In this document: positions 32,710 to 42,660 of the stretch, piece by piece
How positions within the stretch are numbered: position 1 is the stretch's first letter
Layout of the letters: the number at the start of each line of letters is the position of its first letter
DNA from: Alphaproteobacteria bacterium
GTDB lineage: Bacteria > Pseudomonadota > Alphaproteobacteria > MPNO01
NCBI GenBank assembly: GCA_965248835.1
Contig: CBDFLJ010000001.1
Coordinates: forward strand, 1,088,001-1,152,000
Direction of reading: 5' to 3'
Length of the DNA stretch: 64,000 nt
The notes under the pieces: generated by a model
What the model saw: only the letters and a program-made list of their open reading frames with translations
Databases searched by the model: none
What the model was told of the DNA's origin: nothing
Made by a program: the position numbers and the translations under genes

Positions 32710-33941
32710 ACCGTCACCGGAGCCCGCCGTTCCGCGCTCGCCCGCGTGGCCGTCAGAACGAAGATCGAGGCGAACCAGAGGATGGCCACGCAGAGGAAGG
32801 ATTCGCGCGGTATGCCGGTGTCGATGAACCAGCCGAAGGCCACCGGTGTTGCCAGCGAGCCCACATCCATGCCCGAGTAGACGAACCCGAACACCGTTCC
32901 CGAAGCGCCCTTGGGGGTCGAAGCGCGCACGATCAGGTCGCGCGAGGGATAGGCGAGCCCGAACAGGAGTCCGCAGGCGAGGAAGACCGCGCCGATGCCG
33001 GCCACCGGCAGGTCGGCCAGCCAGACCAGGAACATCAGCGCCGATCCGATGCCGTAGCCGACCGCCACGACCGGCTGGTGATTCCGGGTGCGGTCGGCGA
33101 TCAGCCCGCCGCCGAGCACGCCCGCCGGCACCGCGAACAGGAAGACCGAGACGATCAGCCCGGCCGTCTCCAGGTCGATATTCCACGTGCCGGGCAGGGT
33201 GAGCAGGCTGGTCGCCTTGGTCGAAAGCCCGATCTGGGCCATCGAGACCAGCACGAAGAATGTCCAGCACAGCAGGATCGGCGCACCCGACAGCACCGCA
33301 AAGGCCGCGCGCGCCGATGACCGGGACGGGCCGGAAGCCGGCCGATCGGCCTTCTCATCGGTGCTGTCGCGGAAATCCCCGCTGCCCGCCGCGACCAGTG
33401 CCACCGCGGCGAAGCCGACCAGCCCGCCGGCGATGATCGCGGCGCGCCAGCCCCACACGGCACCGATCCCGGCCATCGCGATCGGCGCCAGGGCATAGCC
33501 CAGATAGCCGATGAAGATGTGCGCGCTATAGGCCCGGCCTAGCCGTTCGGGCGCGATTGTTGCGGTCATCACCGAGTAGTCACAGGGGTGAAAGACCGCG
33601 TTGCCGGCACCGGCCAGGACCGCGAGCGCGAACAGCACCTCGTAGTCGCTGAACAATCCATAGCCGAGCGTCGCGCCCGCCATCAGGCCGAGCCCGGCCA
33701 GCAGAACGAAGCGGGCGCCGATTCGATCGACCAGAACGCCGGCCAGCGGCATCAGGACCGCCGATGACAGGAACATCGCCATCACCAGGGCACCGAGCTC
33801 GGTGAAGCTCAGCCCGAGGTCGCGGTGGATCAGCGGGAACAGCGGCGGCAGGGCGAGCTGGTAGAAATGGCTGAAACCGTGCGCGGTCCCGATCAGGGTC
33901 ATTACGCGCAGGTCGCGGCGCACCGCGACGGGAGAACGCAT
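32706..33941 (-). CDS. MFS transporter
   Basis: HGFSHFYQL, GVLVDRIGAR, GNAVFHP.D, GLIADR; about 12 TMs. Start uncertain. Confidence 0.88.
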   Translation of the reverse strand: MRSPVAVRRDLRVMTLIGTAHGFSHFYQLALPPLFPLIHRDLGLSFTELGALVMAMFLSSAVLMPLAGVLVDRIGARFVLLAGLGLMAGATLGYGLFSDYEVLFALAVLAGAGNAVFHPCDYSVMTATIAPERLGRAYSAHIFIGYLGYALAPIAMAGIGAVWGWRAAIIAGGLVGFAAVALVAAGSGDFRDSTDEKADRPASGPSRSSARAAFAVLSGAPILLCWTFFVLVSMAQIGLSTKATSLLTLPGTWNIDLETAGLIVSVFLFAVPAGVLGGGLIADRTRNHQPVVAVGYGIGSALMFLVWLADLPVAGIGAVFLACGLLFGLAYPSRDLIVRASTPKGASGTVFGFVYSGMDVGSLATPVAFGWFIDTGIPRESFLCVAILWFASIFVLTATRASAERRAPVTV

Positions 33942-33960
33942 GGAAAACGATGCCGGGGTC

Positions 33961-34371
33961 TTAGGGGGCCAAGAGGTCCCGGCTGGACAGGTGCGGCACG
34001 GTCTCGCCGGTATCGGCGAAGGTTCGGGTGACATCCTCGCTGGTGTAGATCCACAGGATGGTCAGCGGACCCTCGCCGTTGTTCTCGAACCGGTGCGGCT
34101 GGCCGGCGAGGATGTAGGTGGTGTCGTGCACCCCGACGGTGGTTGTCCTGCCGTCGATCTCGACCAGCCCCCGGCCGCCCAGGACCGTGACCTGCTCGTC
34201 GCAGTTGTGGGTGTGCATCCTCGCGCCCTCGCCCTTGGGGAAGGCGGTGATCCCCGTAGTGATCAGGCTGGTCGGCGCATTGGCGCGGGTGATCAACGGG
34301 CGGGTCGCAACCCCGCCGCCGCGCTGGATGACGCTGACGTCATCGATCTTCACCACCGTGCTTTCGCTCAT
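33961..34371 (-). CDS. Cupin domain protein
   Basis: HTHNCDE...G.G and AGQPHRFEN cupin motifs; AAGGAG RBS. Confidence 0.88.
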   Translation of the reverse strand: MSESTVVKIDDVSVIQRGGGVATRPLITRANAPTSLITTGITAFPKGEGARMHTHNCDEQVTVLGGRGLVEIDGRTTTVGVHDTTYILAGQPHRFENNGEGPLTILWIYTSEDVTRTFADTGETVPHLSSRDLLAP

Positions 34372-34399
34372 GATCCAGCTCCTTGTCGAGGCATCCATA

Positions 34400-35887
34400 T
34401 CAGGCCCGGCGCCGGCGCACCAGCAGCAGGAACGGCAGCGCCGCCGCGCAGGCCGCGGTATAGAGCACGAAGGCGTTGATATAGCCGACCATGCCGGCCT
34501 GGCGGGCGATCTCGCGGCTGATCCCGATCAGCCCGGGGACGGTCTCGAAGTTCCACAACACGGTGGCCGCAGGGACCTTGAGCGCCTCGTTGAACGGGCT
34601 GACGGTCTGGCTGAGCTCGGCATAGCTGATGTTGCCGGTGCGGATGACCACCATCACGCTGAGAGAGATGAAGATGCTCGAGCCGTAATTGCGCAGCAAA
34701 TGAAAGATCGCCGAAGCGTCGGGCAGCAGCCTGGGATCGAGGGTGGAGAAGGCGATCAGCGAGACCGGCACCCACATGATGCCGCAGCCGAAGCCCTGGA
34801 GCACGCCGGTCCAGGCGACCTCCCAGGCAGTGACGTTGAGGTCGAAGGTCGTGGTGTTCAACCCGCTCAGGCCGACCGCCAGCAGACCGACCGCGATGCC
34901 GATCCGCGGGTCCAGCCGCCCCATCCTGGCCGCGGCATAGAACCCGACCGCGAGCCCGAGGCCGCGCATCGCCAGGATCCAGCCGATGGTCGAATCCGGA
35001 AAACCCTTGAGGTTCTGCAACATGGGCGGCAGCATCACCGTCGGCGTCACGTTGAGCATGCCGTAGACGAAGACCAGCAACAGCCCGACGTTGAAGTTGA
35101 CGTCGCGGAACAGCGCCGGGTTTATGAACGGCCGGTCGTGCGTTGCGGTATGGACCACGAAGACATACGCGCTCACCGTCATCGCCACGGCGACGAGCAC
35201 GATCTCGGGGCTTTCGAACCAGTCCAGCCGCTCGCCGCGGTCGAGCAGCAACTGCAGACAGGTCACGGCGATCGACAGCGCCAGGAACCCCGTCCAGTCG
35301 AGCCGGGCCGCGCGGTCGCGGTCGCTGCCCTTGATGAAGGCGAGCACCGCGATCAGCGCCAGCACACAAAGCGGCAGAAGGAGCAGGAAGACCCAGCGCC
35401 AGTTATAGGCCTCGGCCAGATACCCGCCTACCGCCGGTGCCAGCGCCGGGCCGATCACCACCGACAGGCCGAAGACTCCTTGCGCGAACGCGCGCCGATC
35501 CGGCGGATAGACGGCGATCAGGATCGCCTGGGAGATCGGCACCAGCGGCGCGCCGAACGCGCCCTGGCCGACGCGGTACACGAGCAGCGCGCCCAGCGTG
35601 TCGGCGGTCGCGCACAGGAAGGTGCTGAGCGAGAAGCCGACCACCGACCAGATGAGGACCCGGCGCTGGCCCCAACGGGAAACCAGCCAGCCGGTCATCG
35701 GCGTCATGACCGCGGTGGCCACGAGGTTGAGCGTGACCACCCATGAGATCTGGTCGGGCGTCGCCGAAAGCGCTCCCTGCATCTGAGGCAGCGCGACGTT
35801 GACGATCGTCAAGGTCGCGACATAGAGCATCGTGCACAGCGACACCGTCATCAGGATGATGCCGCGAGAGAATTCTTCGGACTTCAC
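34400..35887 (-). CDS. DHA2 (EmrB/QacA) MFS efflux permease
   Basis: TIVNVALPQMQGALSATPDQISWV, GPALAPAVGGYL...NWRWVF, LDRGERLDWFES. Confidence 0.92.
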   Translation of the reverse strand: MKSEEFSRGIILMTVSLCTMLYVATLTIVNVALPQMQGALSATPDQISWVVTLNLVATAVMTPMTGWLVSRWGQRRVLIWSVVGFSLSTFLCATADTLGALLVYRVGQGAFGAPLVPISQAILIAVYPPDRRAFAQGVFGLSVVIGPALAPAVGGYLAEAYNWRWVFLLLLPLCVLALIAVLAFIKGSDRDRAARLDWTGFLALSIAVTCLQLLLDRGERLDWFESPEIVLVAVAMTVSAYVFVVHTATHDRPFINPALFRDVNFNVGLLLVFVYGMLNVTPTVMLPPMLQNLKGFPDSTIGWILAMRGLGLAVGFYAAARMGRLDPRIGIAVGLLAVGLSGLNTTTFDLNVTAWEVAWTGVLQGFGCGIMWVPVSLIAFSTLDPRLLPDASAIFHLLRNYGSSIFISLSVMVVIRTGNISYAELSQTVSPFNEALKVPAATVLWNFETVPGLIGISREIARQAGMVGYINAFVLYTAACAAALPFLLLVRRRRA

Positions 35888-35975
35888 GGCGTCTCCCGGG
35901 TCCGGGGACCTTGGCCTGCGGGCCAGGTTATGTCTAGATCGGCCGGCGGCAGATCGACGTGGGGAGGCGGGCGCG

Positions 35976-38318
35976 ATGACCGGCGCGGCAAGCAGCGGAA
36001 AAGGAGTCGGTGCGCGCCTGCCGCGCAAGGAAGACAGGCGCTTCCTGCGCGGACACGGCCGCTACGTCGCAGACGTCCAGATCCCCGGCACAAGGGAGGT
36101 CGCTTTCCTGCGCAGTCCGCTGGGCCACGCGCGCGTGCGCGGCATCGCCCGGCCGGAAGACGGCGCCGAGCGGGTGTTCCTGGCCGATGACCTGCCGCGG
36201 ATCAGCCCGGTCCGCGTGGTGCCCGACGTCACCGGCTTCAAGGCGTCCGACCACTGGGCGCTGGCGCGCGACAAGGTGCGGTTTGCCGGCGAGCCGATCG
36301 CCGCCTGTGTGGCCGAGACAAGGGCGGCGGCCGAGGATCTCGCCGGGCGCGTGGTCGCCGACTTGGAGCCGTTGCCGGCGGTCATCGAGCCCCTGGCCGC
36401 GCGCCGGGACCCGCCGGCCCTGGTCCACGAGGCCTGGGGCGACAACATCTACGTCGCCGCGTCGTTCGGCGGCGGCGATATCGAATCGGTGCGCGGCCTG
36501 CCGGTGGTCCTCACCCGCGACTACCGCATGAACCGGCAGTCGACGGTGCCGATGGAGGGCCGCGCGGTGCTCGCTCATTGGGACGAGCGCGCCGACGAGC
36601 TCGTGGTCTATCTCACTTCGCAGATCCCCCACCTGCTGCGGATCGGGCTCGCCCAGACGCTCGGGCTCCAGATCCGGCAGGTCCGGGTGATCTCGCCCGA
36701 TGTCGGCGGCGGGTTCGGCGGCAAGGCACGCATGATGCCCGAGGAAATCGTGGTCTCGGCGATCGCGCTTCAGACCGGGCTGCCGGTACGCTGGGTCGAG
36801 GATGTCGGCGAGCACCTGCAGGCCGCGTGCCAGGTGCGCGAGCACGTCTACCGCATCACCGCCTATGCCGACGCGCGCGGGCTGATCAAGGGAATCGATG
36901 CTGAGATCACCATCGACGGCGGCGCATACGCGCTATGGCATACCGGCCCGTTCATGGAGACCGGGATGGCCGCGCGCAACCTGCCGGGGCCCTACCGGAT
37001 CGAGCATTTCCGCGCGCAGACCTGGACGGTCGCCACCAACAAGGCGCCGCTGGGAGTCTATCGCGGAGTCGCCCGGCCGGGCGCCTGTTTCGCGATCGAG
37101 CGGACCATCGATGAGGTCGCCCGCGCCGTCGGCCGTGATCCGATGGCGGTCCGCATCGACAACATGGTGCCGCCCGAGGCGATGCCCTACCGCACCGTGG
37201 GCGACATGAAGTTCGACAACGGCGACTACCCCGAATCGGTGCGCCGCGCCGCCGCGCTGGTCGACCTGGGCGGCATCCGAAAGCGCCAGGCAACGAAGCT
37301 GCCCGACGGAAGGCTGCTCGGGTTCGGGCTCGGCAGCTTCACCGAACAGTCCGCCCACGGCGCCGAGGAATGGGTCAAGCGGCGCACCCCCATCGTCGCC
37401 GGCTACGAGACCGCGACCGCGCGGATGCATTCCGACGGCTCGATGCACCTGCTGGTCGCCATCCATAGCCACGGCCAGGGGATGGAGACCACGCTTGCAC
37501 AGATCGCCAACGAGGAGATCGGCATCGACCCCGACGACGTCTCGGTGCGCTTCGGCGATACCGCGGTCTCGCCCTTCGGTATGGGCACATTCGCCTCGCG
37601 CTCGATCGTGATGGGCGGCGGCGCAGTGTCCAACGCCTGCATCGCGCTGCGCGCGAAGATGGCCCGGATCGCCGCCCATCATTTGCAATGCGAGGCCGCC
37701 TCGGTGCGCTTCGAGGACGGCGCGGCGCACGGGCCGTCGGGCTCGATGACGCTGGCCGAGATCGGCCGCATCGCCCACCTGCGCCAGGAGCTGCTGCCCG
37801 AGGGAACCGATCCGGTGCTCGACGTGACCGCGACCTACGAGCCGACGGAGACGACGGGCGTCTTCTCGTATTCGACTCATGCCGCGGTCATCGCCGTCGA
37901 CCCGGCGACCGGCGCGGTCGAGATCCTCGATTACGCGGTGGTCGAGGATTGCGGCACCGTGGTCAACCCGATGGTCGTGGACGGCCAGATCCTGGGCGGC
38001 ACCGTGCAGGGGATCGGCACCGCGCTCTACGAGGAGGTGGTCTTCGACGCCGACGGCCAGCCGATGGCAACGACCTTGGCCGATTACCTGCTGCCCGGCG
38101 CGGCGGAAATCCCCGATATCAAGATCGGCCACATGGTCACGCCGGCGACCTCAACCCGGTTCGGCATGAAGGGCATGGGCGAAGGCGGTGCGATCGCCCC
38201 GCCGGCCGCGATCGCCAACGCGCTCGCCGATGCGTTCGGCGCCCATGGCGTGCAGTTCAACGAGACCCCGTTGACCCCGCGCCGGGTTCTCGCCGCGATC
38301 CGGGCCGCCGGACGTTGA
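35976..38318 (+). CDS. Molybdenum hydroxylase large subunit, paralog 2 (stand-alone)
   Basis: RKED.R.L.G.G.YV.D, DVGGGFGGK, loop GVYRGVAR, SHGQG, GTFASR, KGMGEGG. Confidence 0.93.
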   Translation: MTGAASSGKGVGARLPRKEDRRFLRGHGRYVADVQIPGTREVAFLRSPLGHARVRGIARPEDGAERVFLADDLPRISPVRVVPDVTGFKASDHWALARDKVRFAGEPIAACVAETRAAAEDLAGRVVADLEPLPAVIEPLAARRDPPALVHEAWGDNIYVAASFGGGDIESVRGLPVVLTRDYRMNRQSTVPMEGRAVLAHWDERADELVVYLTSQIPHLLRIGLAQTLGLQIRQVRVISPDVGGGFGGKARMMPEEIVVSAIALQTGLPVRWVEDVGEHLQAACQVREHVYRITAYADARGLIKGIDAEITIDGGAYALWHTGPFMETGMAARNLPGPYRIEHFRAQTWTVATNKAPLGVYRGVARPGACFAIERTIDEVARAVGRDPMAVRIDNMVPPEAMPYRTVGDMKFDNGDYPESVRRAAALVDLGGIRKRQATKLPDGRLLGFGLGSFTEQSAHGAEEWVKRRTPIVAGYETATARMHSDGSMHLLVAIHSHGQGMETTLAQIANEEIGIDPDDVSVRFGDTAVSPFGMGTFASRSIVMGGGAVSNACIALRAKMARIAAHHLQCEAASVRFEDGAAHGPSGSMTLAEIGRIAHLRQELLPEGTDPVLDVTATYEPTETTGVFSYSTHAAVIAVDPATGAVEILDYAVVEDCGTVVNPMVVDGQILGGTVQGIGTALYEEVVFDADGQPMATTLADYLLPGAAEIPDIKIGHMVTPATSTRFGMKGMGEGGAIAPPAAIANALADAFGAHGVQFNETPLTPRRVLAAIRAAGR

Positions 38319-38346
38319 TCGGGCGCTTCGTCGTCGCGCCCGGCGC

Positions 38347-39255
38347 CTAGCCGAACGCCCGCTCGGCGCGGAGGTGGACGTCGATTTCGGCGAATACGGC
38401 ATCGAGGATCGCATCGCTTTCCATCAGCAGCTCGTGCCGAGCGTGCGCGAAGACCGCCAGGCGGCCGGCGGGAAGCCGGTCGGCGATACGCCGATGGCTG
38501 CGCTGGTCGACGACCCGGTCTTCGGCCGCGCTCAGCACGGTGACCGGCAGATCCGGCGGGCAAGCGGCGGCCTCACCATCGAGAGCGCGAATCGAGGCAA
38601 GCCCCGCCCGCAGCCAGGCATAGGTCGGCCCGCCAAGATGGAGGTTCGGCGCGTCGATCCGCGCGCGCCGCGAACGCTCGAACCGCGCCTGATCGCCGGT
38701 CAACCTGTTATTCTCGAACGTCTCTGCCGTCGGGTCGCGGGCCTTCCGGCCGGGCAGAAAGGCGGTACCGAGACCGAGCTTGCAGGCGATCGCGGCGGCT
38801 GCGGTCAGCGCCCACAGCTTCGCCCGGCCCAGCGGCAGGCCCCATAACGGCGAGACGAAGATCGCCGATGCGAACACGTCCGGTCGCCGGATGAGAAACC
38901 GCATGCCCACGTTGGCGCCGGTGGAGTGGGCCATGAGGATCAACCGACCGGTCCAGCGCGGGCGCACCACCGACTCAAGCACCCTTTGGAGATCGGCGAT
39001 GTAGGTCTCGAAATCCTCGACATGGCCCTTGTGGCGGTCGGCCAGCGGGCGCGAAGACAGACCTTGGCCGCGCCAATCGAAGGCGATCACGCCGAGGCCG
39101 CGCGCGGCAAGCCGGTCGATCACTTCGCGGTATTTCTCCAGGAACTCGCCCCGGCCCTGAAGCAGCACGACCACCGCGGTGCTGTCGGCGTCGATCCCGG
39201 CCGCGCACCAGCGCAGCCAGTGGCCGTCATCGATGTCGAGCCTGTGGAACTCCAT
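38347..39255 (-). CDS. Alpha/beta hydrolase, lysophospholipase L2 (PldB)-like
   Basis: GRGEFLEKY, DWRGQGLS, AHSTG nucleophile, GGPT..W, ARHELLME. Confidence 0.88.
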   Translation of the reverse strand: MEFHRLDIDDGHWLRWCAAGIDADSTAVVVLLQGRGEFLEKYREVIDRLAARGLGVIAFDWRGQGLSSRPLADRHKGHVEDFETYIADLQRVLESVVRPRWTGRLILMAHSTGANVGMRFLIRRPDVFASAIFVSPLWGLPLGRAKLWALTAAAAIACKLGLGTAFLPGRKARDPTAETFENNRLTGDQARFERSRRARIDAPNLHLGGPTYAWLRAGLASIRALDGEAAACPPDLPVTVLSAAEDRVVDQRSHRRIADRLPAGRLAVFAHARHELLMESDAILDAVFAEIDVHLRAERAFG

Positions 39256-39272
39256 CGCCGCCGGCGCCGCTG

Positions 39273-40673
39273 CTAAAGCCGAAGCCCGGCCTTGATCACC
39301 TTGCCCGCCGGGCCTTTGGGGAGGTCGGAGGCGAAACGGACATGGCGCGGGTACTTGTAGCCGGCCATGCGCGCGCGGCAGAAGGAGATGATCTCCTCGG
39401 CGCTGGGATCGGTATCCGGCTTGACGGTGACGAAGGCCGCGATCTCCTCGCCGAGGTCGGCGTCGGCCACGCCGATGACCGCCGCATCGGCGATTGCCGG
39501 ATGGCTCAGCAGCATCGCCTCGACCTCGCCGGCGGCCACCGTATAGCCGCCGCGGATGATCATGTCCTTCTTGCGTCCGACGATGCGCACGTAGCCGTCC
39601 TCGGAGAGGATCGCCAGATCGCCGGTCCTGAACCAGTCGCCGGCCAGCACCTCTTCGGTCTCCGCCGGCCTGCCGAAATAGCCGCTCATGCGCGCCGGAC
39701 TCTTGATCCACAGCTCGCCGGTCTCGCCGGCTGCCAGCGGCACCTCGTCCTCATCGACCACGCGCAGCGCGACGTCTGGCACCGCGCGGCCGATCGAGTC
39801 GGGCCGGTCCGCCGGATCGGCCGCGCGGTAGGAGATCGGACGGAACAGCTCTGTCATGCCGTATCCGCGCACGATCCGCGCGCCGGTGGCCGCCCGCCAG
39901 GCTTCGGCCAGATCCCACGGGCACGGCGCGGCGCCGGACAGCGCATAGCGCAGGCTGGCGAGATCGGCGGTCGCCAGGGAAGGCGTCTCCAGGATGCGGC
40001 GGAACATCGTCGCGACCCCGGGAAAGACCGTCACCCGGTGGCGGGCGATCGCGGCCAGCGAGTCCTCGGGGGTGAACCGGGGCAGGAAGACCACCGACCC
40101 GCCGGCCAGCAGCGGCGCCATCACCGCGCCGAAGATCCCCAGGGAATGGGCGAGCGGCAGCGCCGACAGCGAGACGTCATCGCAGGACAGGTCCATCACC
40201 GGATCGCGCCAGGAGACCAGCGCGAACGCCGTCGCACGGTGCGACAGCCGCACGCCCTTGGGCGCCCCCGTGCTGCCGGAGGTGTAGAGGATGATCGCGC
40301 AGTCCTGCGCATCGACCGCGCGCGCCGGGAAGTCGGCCTCGCCGGCGGGGATGGCGTCGATCACCCGGACCGGCGCGAGATCGCCCAGGATCCTGGCCCG
40401 CTCGTCGTCTCTCAAAAGCGGGTTGAGGGGGGTGACGCTCGCCCCGGTCTTGAGCACGCCGAACACGGCGACGATCAGATCCGCGGGATCGTCCAGGCCG
40501 ACCGCGAGGCGGTCGCCGGGCCCGACGCCGTCCTCGGCCAGGCTCTTGGCGAGCGCGCCCGCCCGCGCCTCGAACACCGTCCAGTCGATCGCCGACTCAC
40601 CGGAGATCAGGACCGGCTTGTCAGCCCATCGCCGGGCGGTCTGCTCGAGCAAGCATGCGAGGTTGGCCGGCAT
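39273..40673 (-). CDS. Class I adenylate-forming enzyme (acyl/aryl-CoA ligase)
   Basis: YTSGSTGAPKG, GYGMTE, FRTGDL, GRKKDMI, YKYPR, LPKGPAGK. Confidence 0.93.
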   Translation of the reverse strand: MPANLACLLEQTARRWADKPVLISGESAIDWTVFEARAGALAKSLAEDGVGPGDRLAVGLDDPADLIVAVFGVLKTGASVTPLNPLLRDDERARILGDLAPVRVIDAIPAGEADFPARAVDAQDCAIILYTSGSTGAPKGVRLSHRATAFALVSWRDPVMDLSCDDVSLSALPLAHSLGIFGAVMAPLLAGGSVVFLPRFTPEDSLAAIARHRVTVFPGVATMFRRILETPSLATADLASLRYALSGAAPCPWDLAEAWRAATGARIVRGYGMTELFRPISYRAADPADRPDSIGRAVPDVALRVVDEDEVPLAAGETGELWIKSPARMSGYFGRPAETEEVLAGDWFRTGDLAILSEDGYVRIVGRKKDMIIRGGYTVAAGEVEAMLLSHPAIADAAVIGVADADLGEEIAAFVTVKPDTDPSAEEIISFCRARMAGYKYPRHVRFASDLPKGPAGKVIKAGLRL

Positions 40674-40679
40674 TGCGGC

Positions 40680-42038
40680 TCAGGACAAGAGCGCCTTGAC
40701 GTCGATGCCGTCCCATACCGCCGACGGGAAGCTGTGGCGCGGGGTGTAGGCGGCAAGGCTGGGCTTGGCCGTCGCGTCGACGCCCCATTTGGCGGTGAAG
40801 CCGTCGTTCCCGGCGGTCGACGGGTCGAGGTCCGAGCCCCGCGCGCCGGTGATGACCGTCAGGTCCTTGTCGGGCTGGCAGCGCGTGGCGATCGCCCAGT
40901 TGACCTCCCGGTCGTTGAACACGTCGACATCGTGATCGACCACGACCACCCGCTTCATGTAGAGGTCGGCGCCGAGCACGGCGAGGATGGCGTTCTTGGC
41001 CTGGCCGGCCAGCCGCTGCTCGATCGAGACGTAGCAGGTGAACGGGCTCGGCACGCGCACCGCGGTGACCGAAGGGATCATCGCCCGCACCGCCCGGTAG
41101 AGGTTGGCCTCCATCGGGATGGTCGACAGCAGCATGTGGTCGAGATGGCCGACCGAGATGTCGTGGAACATCGCACCCCTGCGGTGGGTGAGCGCGTTGA
41201 TTTTGACCACCTCGCGGTCCCGCGCGCCGAGGCTGTAGCCGGTGAACTCGCCGAACGGACCTTCGGCGATGCGCTGGCGCGGCAGGATCTCGGCCTCGAT
41301 GATCATCTCGGCCTGGGCCGGCACCAGCACGTCGGAGGTCTCGCAGCGCACCAGCTCCAGCGGCTCACCCAGCAGCCCGCCCATGATGCCGCGCTCGTCC
41401 TCGTCGATCGAGCCGATGGCCAGACAGCCTAGCGCAATCGCCGGATGGACGCCGACGGCGAAGGCCACCGGCAGCGGCTCGCCGCGGGATTCGGCGATCT
41501 GGTAATACTCCCACAGGTGCTTGCCGAGCGTCAGATGGATCGAGGTGCTGTCCGGGCCGGTGATCATCAGCCGGTTGTAGGCGCAGTTCCACATCGCGCT
41601 GTCGGGGTCCTTGGCGAACGAGATCGCCGCGGTGATGTAGGCACCGCCGTCGCCCTGGTGATGCTCGAGCTGGGGCAGCGCGCGCATGTCGAGATCCGCG
41701 CCGGTCAGCACCACGTCCTTGCACAGCCCGGTGTTGACCTCGCGCGGCGGCACCGGCCGGTCCATCGCATCGAGGTACTTGCGCAGCATCTGGTCGGGCG
41801 CGGCCCCCATCGCCATCGCCAGCCGCGACCGGCTGGCGTGGAGGTTGGTGATGACCGGGAACGCGGTGCCCTTGACGTTCTCGAACACCAGGACGGGGCG
41901 GCGGCGCGCTTCCTTTTCGATCTTGACCACCGCCGCGGTGATCTCGTGACCGGGGTCCATCTCGCGCGAGACGGTGACGAATTCGTCGGGCCGCTCCGAC
42001 TTTATGCGCGCCAGATAGCTCGGAAGGTCCTGCGCCAT
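40680..42038 (-). CDS. UbiD-family prFMN-dependent (de)carboxylase, paralog 2
   Basis: DGGAYIT, NCAYNR, VPAQAEMIIE, EGPFGEFTGY, VVVVDHDVDV...WAIATR, KWGVDAT. Confidence 0.93.
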   Translation of the reverse strand: MAQDLPSYLARIKSERPDEFVTVSREMDPGHEITAAVVKIEKEARRRPVLVFENVKGTAFPVITNLHASRSRLAMAMGAAPDQMLRKYLDAMDRPVPPREVNTGLCKDVVLTGADLDMRALPQLEHHQGDGGAYITAAISFAKDPDSAMWNCAYNRLMITGPDSTSIHLTLGKHLWEYYQIAESRGEPLPVAFAVGVHPAIALGCLAIGSIDEDERGIMGGLLGEPLELVRCETSDVLVPAQAEMIIEAEILPRQRIAEGPFGEFTGYSLGARDREVVKINALTHRRGAMFHDISVGHLDHMLLSTIPMEANLYRAVRAMIPSVTAVRVPSPFTCYVSIEQRLAGQAKNAILAVLGADLYMKRVVVVDHDVDVFNDREVNWAIATRCQPDKDLTVITGARGSDLDPSTAGNDGFTAKWGVDATAKPSLAAYTPRHSFPSAVWDGIDVKALLS

Positions 42039-42115
42039 TCGCTTGCCGGTTCCCTTGAAGGCCTTGCGGATCGGTCGGCCACGCTAGCGAAGCGGCGCGG
42101 TGCGGACAAGACGGC

Positions 42116-42577
42116 TCAGTCGGGCGTATAGGCTTTCAGCCCGGGAAGCCTGGCTGGATCCTCCGAGCGCCCGCGCAGCTCCAGCACGTTCAGGTCGGGA
42201 TCGCGCACGAACAGCGAGACATGGTCGCTTTCGCCGAACTGGACCGGACCCTGGCGGATCTCGATGCCGTTCCTGGCCAGCGCCTTCATCGTCGCCTCGA
42301 TCGACCTCACCCGCAGCGCGACATGGGTGAAGCCGGCATATTTCTTGCCCATTTCGTCCATCAGGATATTGCGATTGCCGTTGTCGTCGTTGGCGTTGAC
42401 GATCAGGTTGATCTCGACCCCTTGCGGATTCCTGATGATGATCACCGCGTCGTGGGTGACGCGCTCCAGCAGCTCGAACCCGAGCGCCTCGTAGAAGGCG
42501 ATCGCCCTGTAGGGGTCGCGCACCCGGATCCCGAGATGGTCGACCTGCTCGATGTGGATGGTCTCATCGGCGGCCAT
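42116..42577 (-). CDS. VOC/glyoxalase family protein
   Basis: DHLGIRV....AIAFYEALGF, HVALRV, FVRDPD.NVLE; GGAGG RBS. Confidence 0.88.
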   Translation of the reverse strand: MAADETIHIEQVDHLGIRVRDPYRAIAFYEALGFELLERVTHDAVIIIRNPQGVEINLIVNANDDNGNRNILMDEMGKKYAGFTHVALRVRSIEATMKALARNGIEIRQGPVQFGESDHVSLFVRDPDLNVLELRGRSEDPARLPGLKAYTPD

Positions 42578-42660
42578 GGCGCTGTCCTCCGGTCTTTCGC
42601 TTGTCTTGCCGGCCAAGTGTAGCATTGCCGCGCCCGATTTCGGCCAGGTGATCCCGGGGC

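Noticed and set aside
28891-33270. 1459-aa minus-strand ORF
   Set aside because: Antisense shadow of the Mo-hydroxylase large subunit and ubiD; no motifs; expected in high-GC coding DNA.
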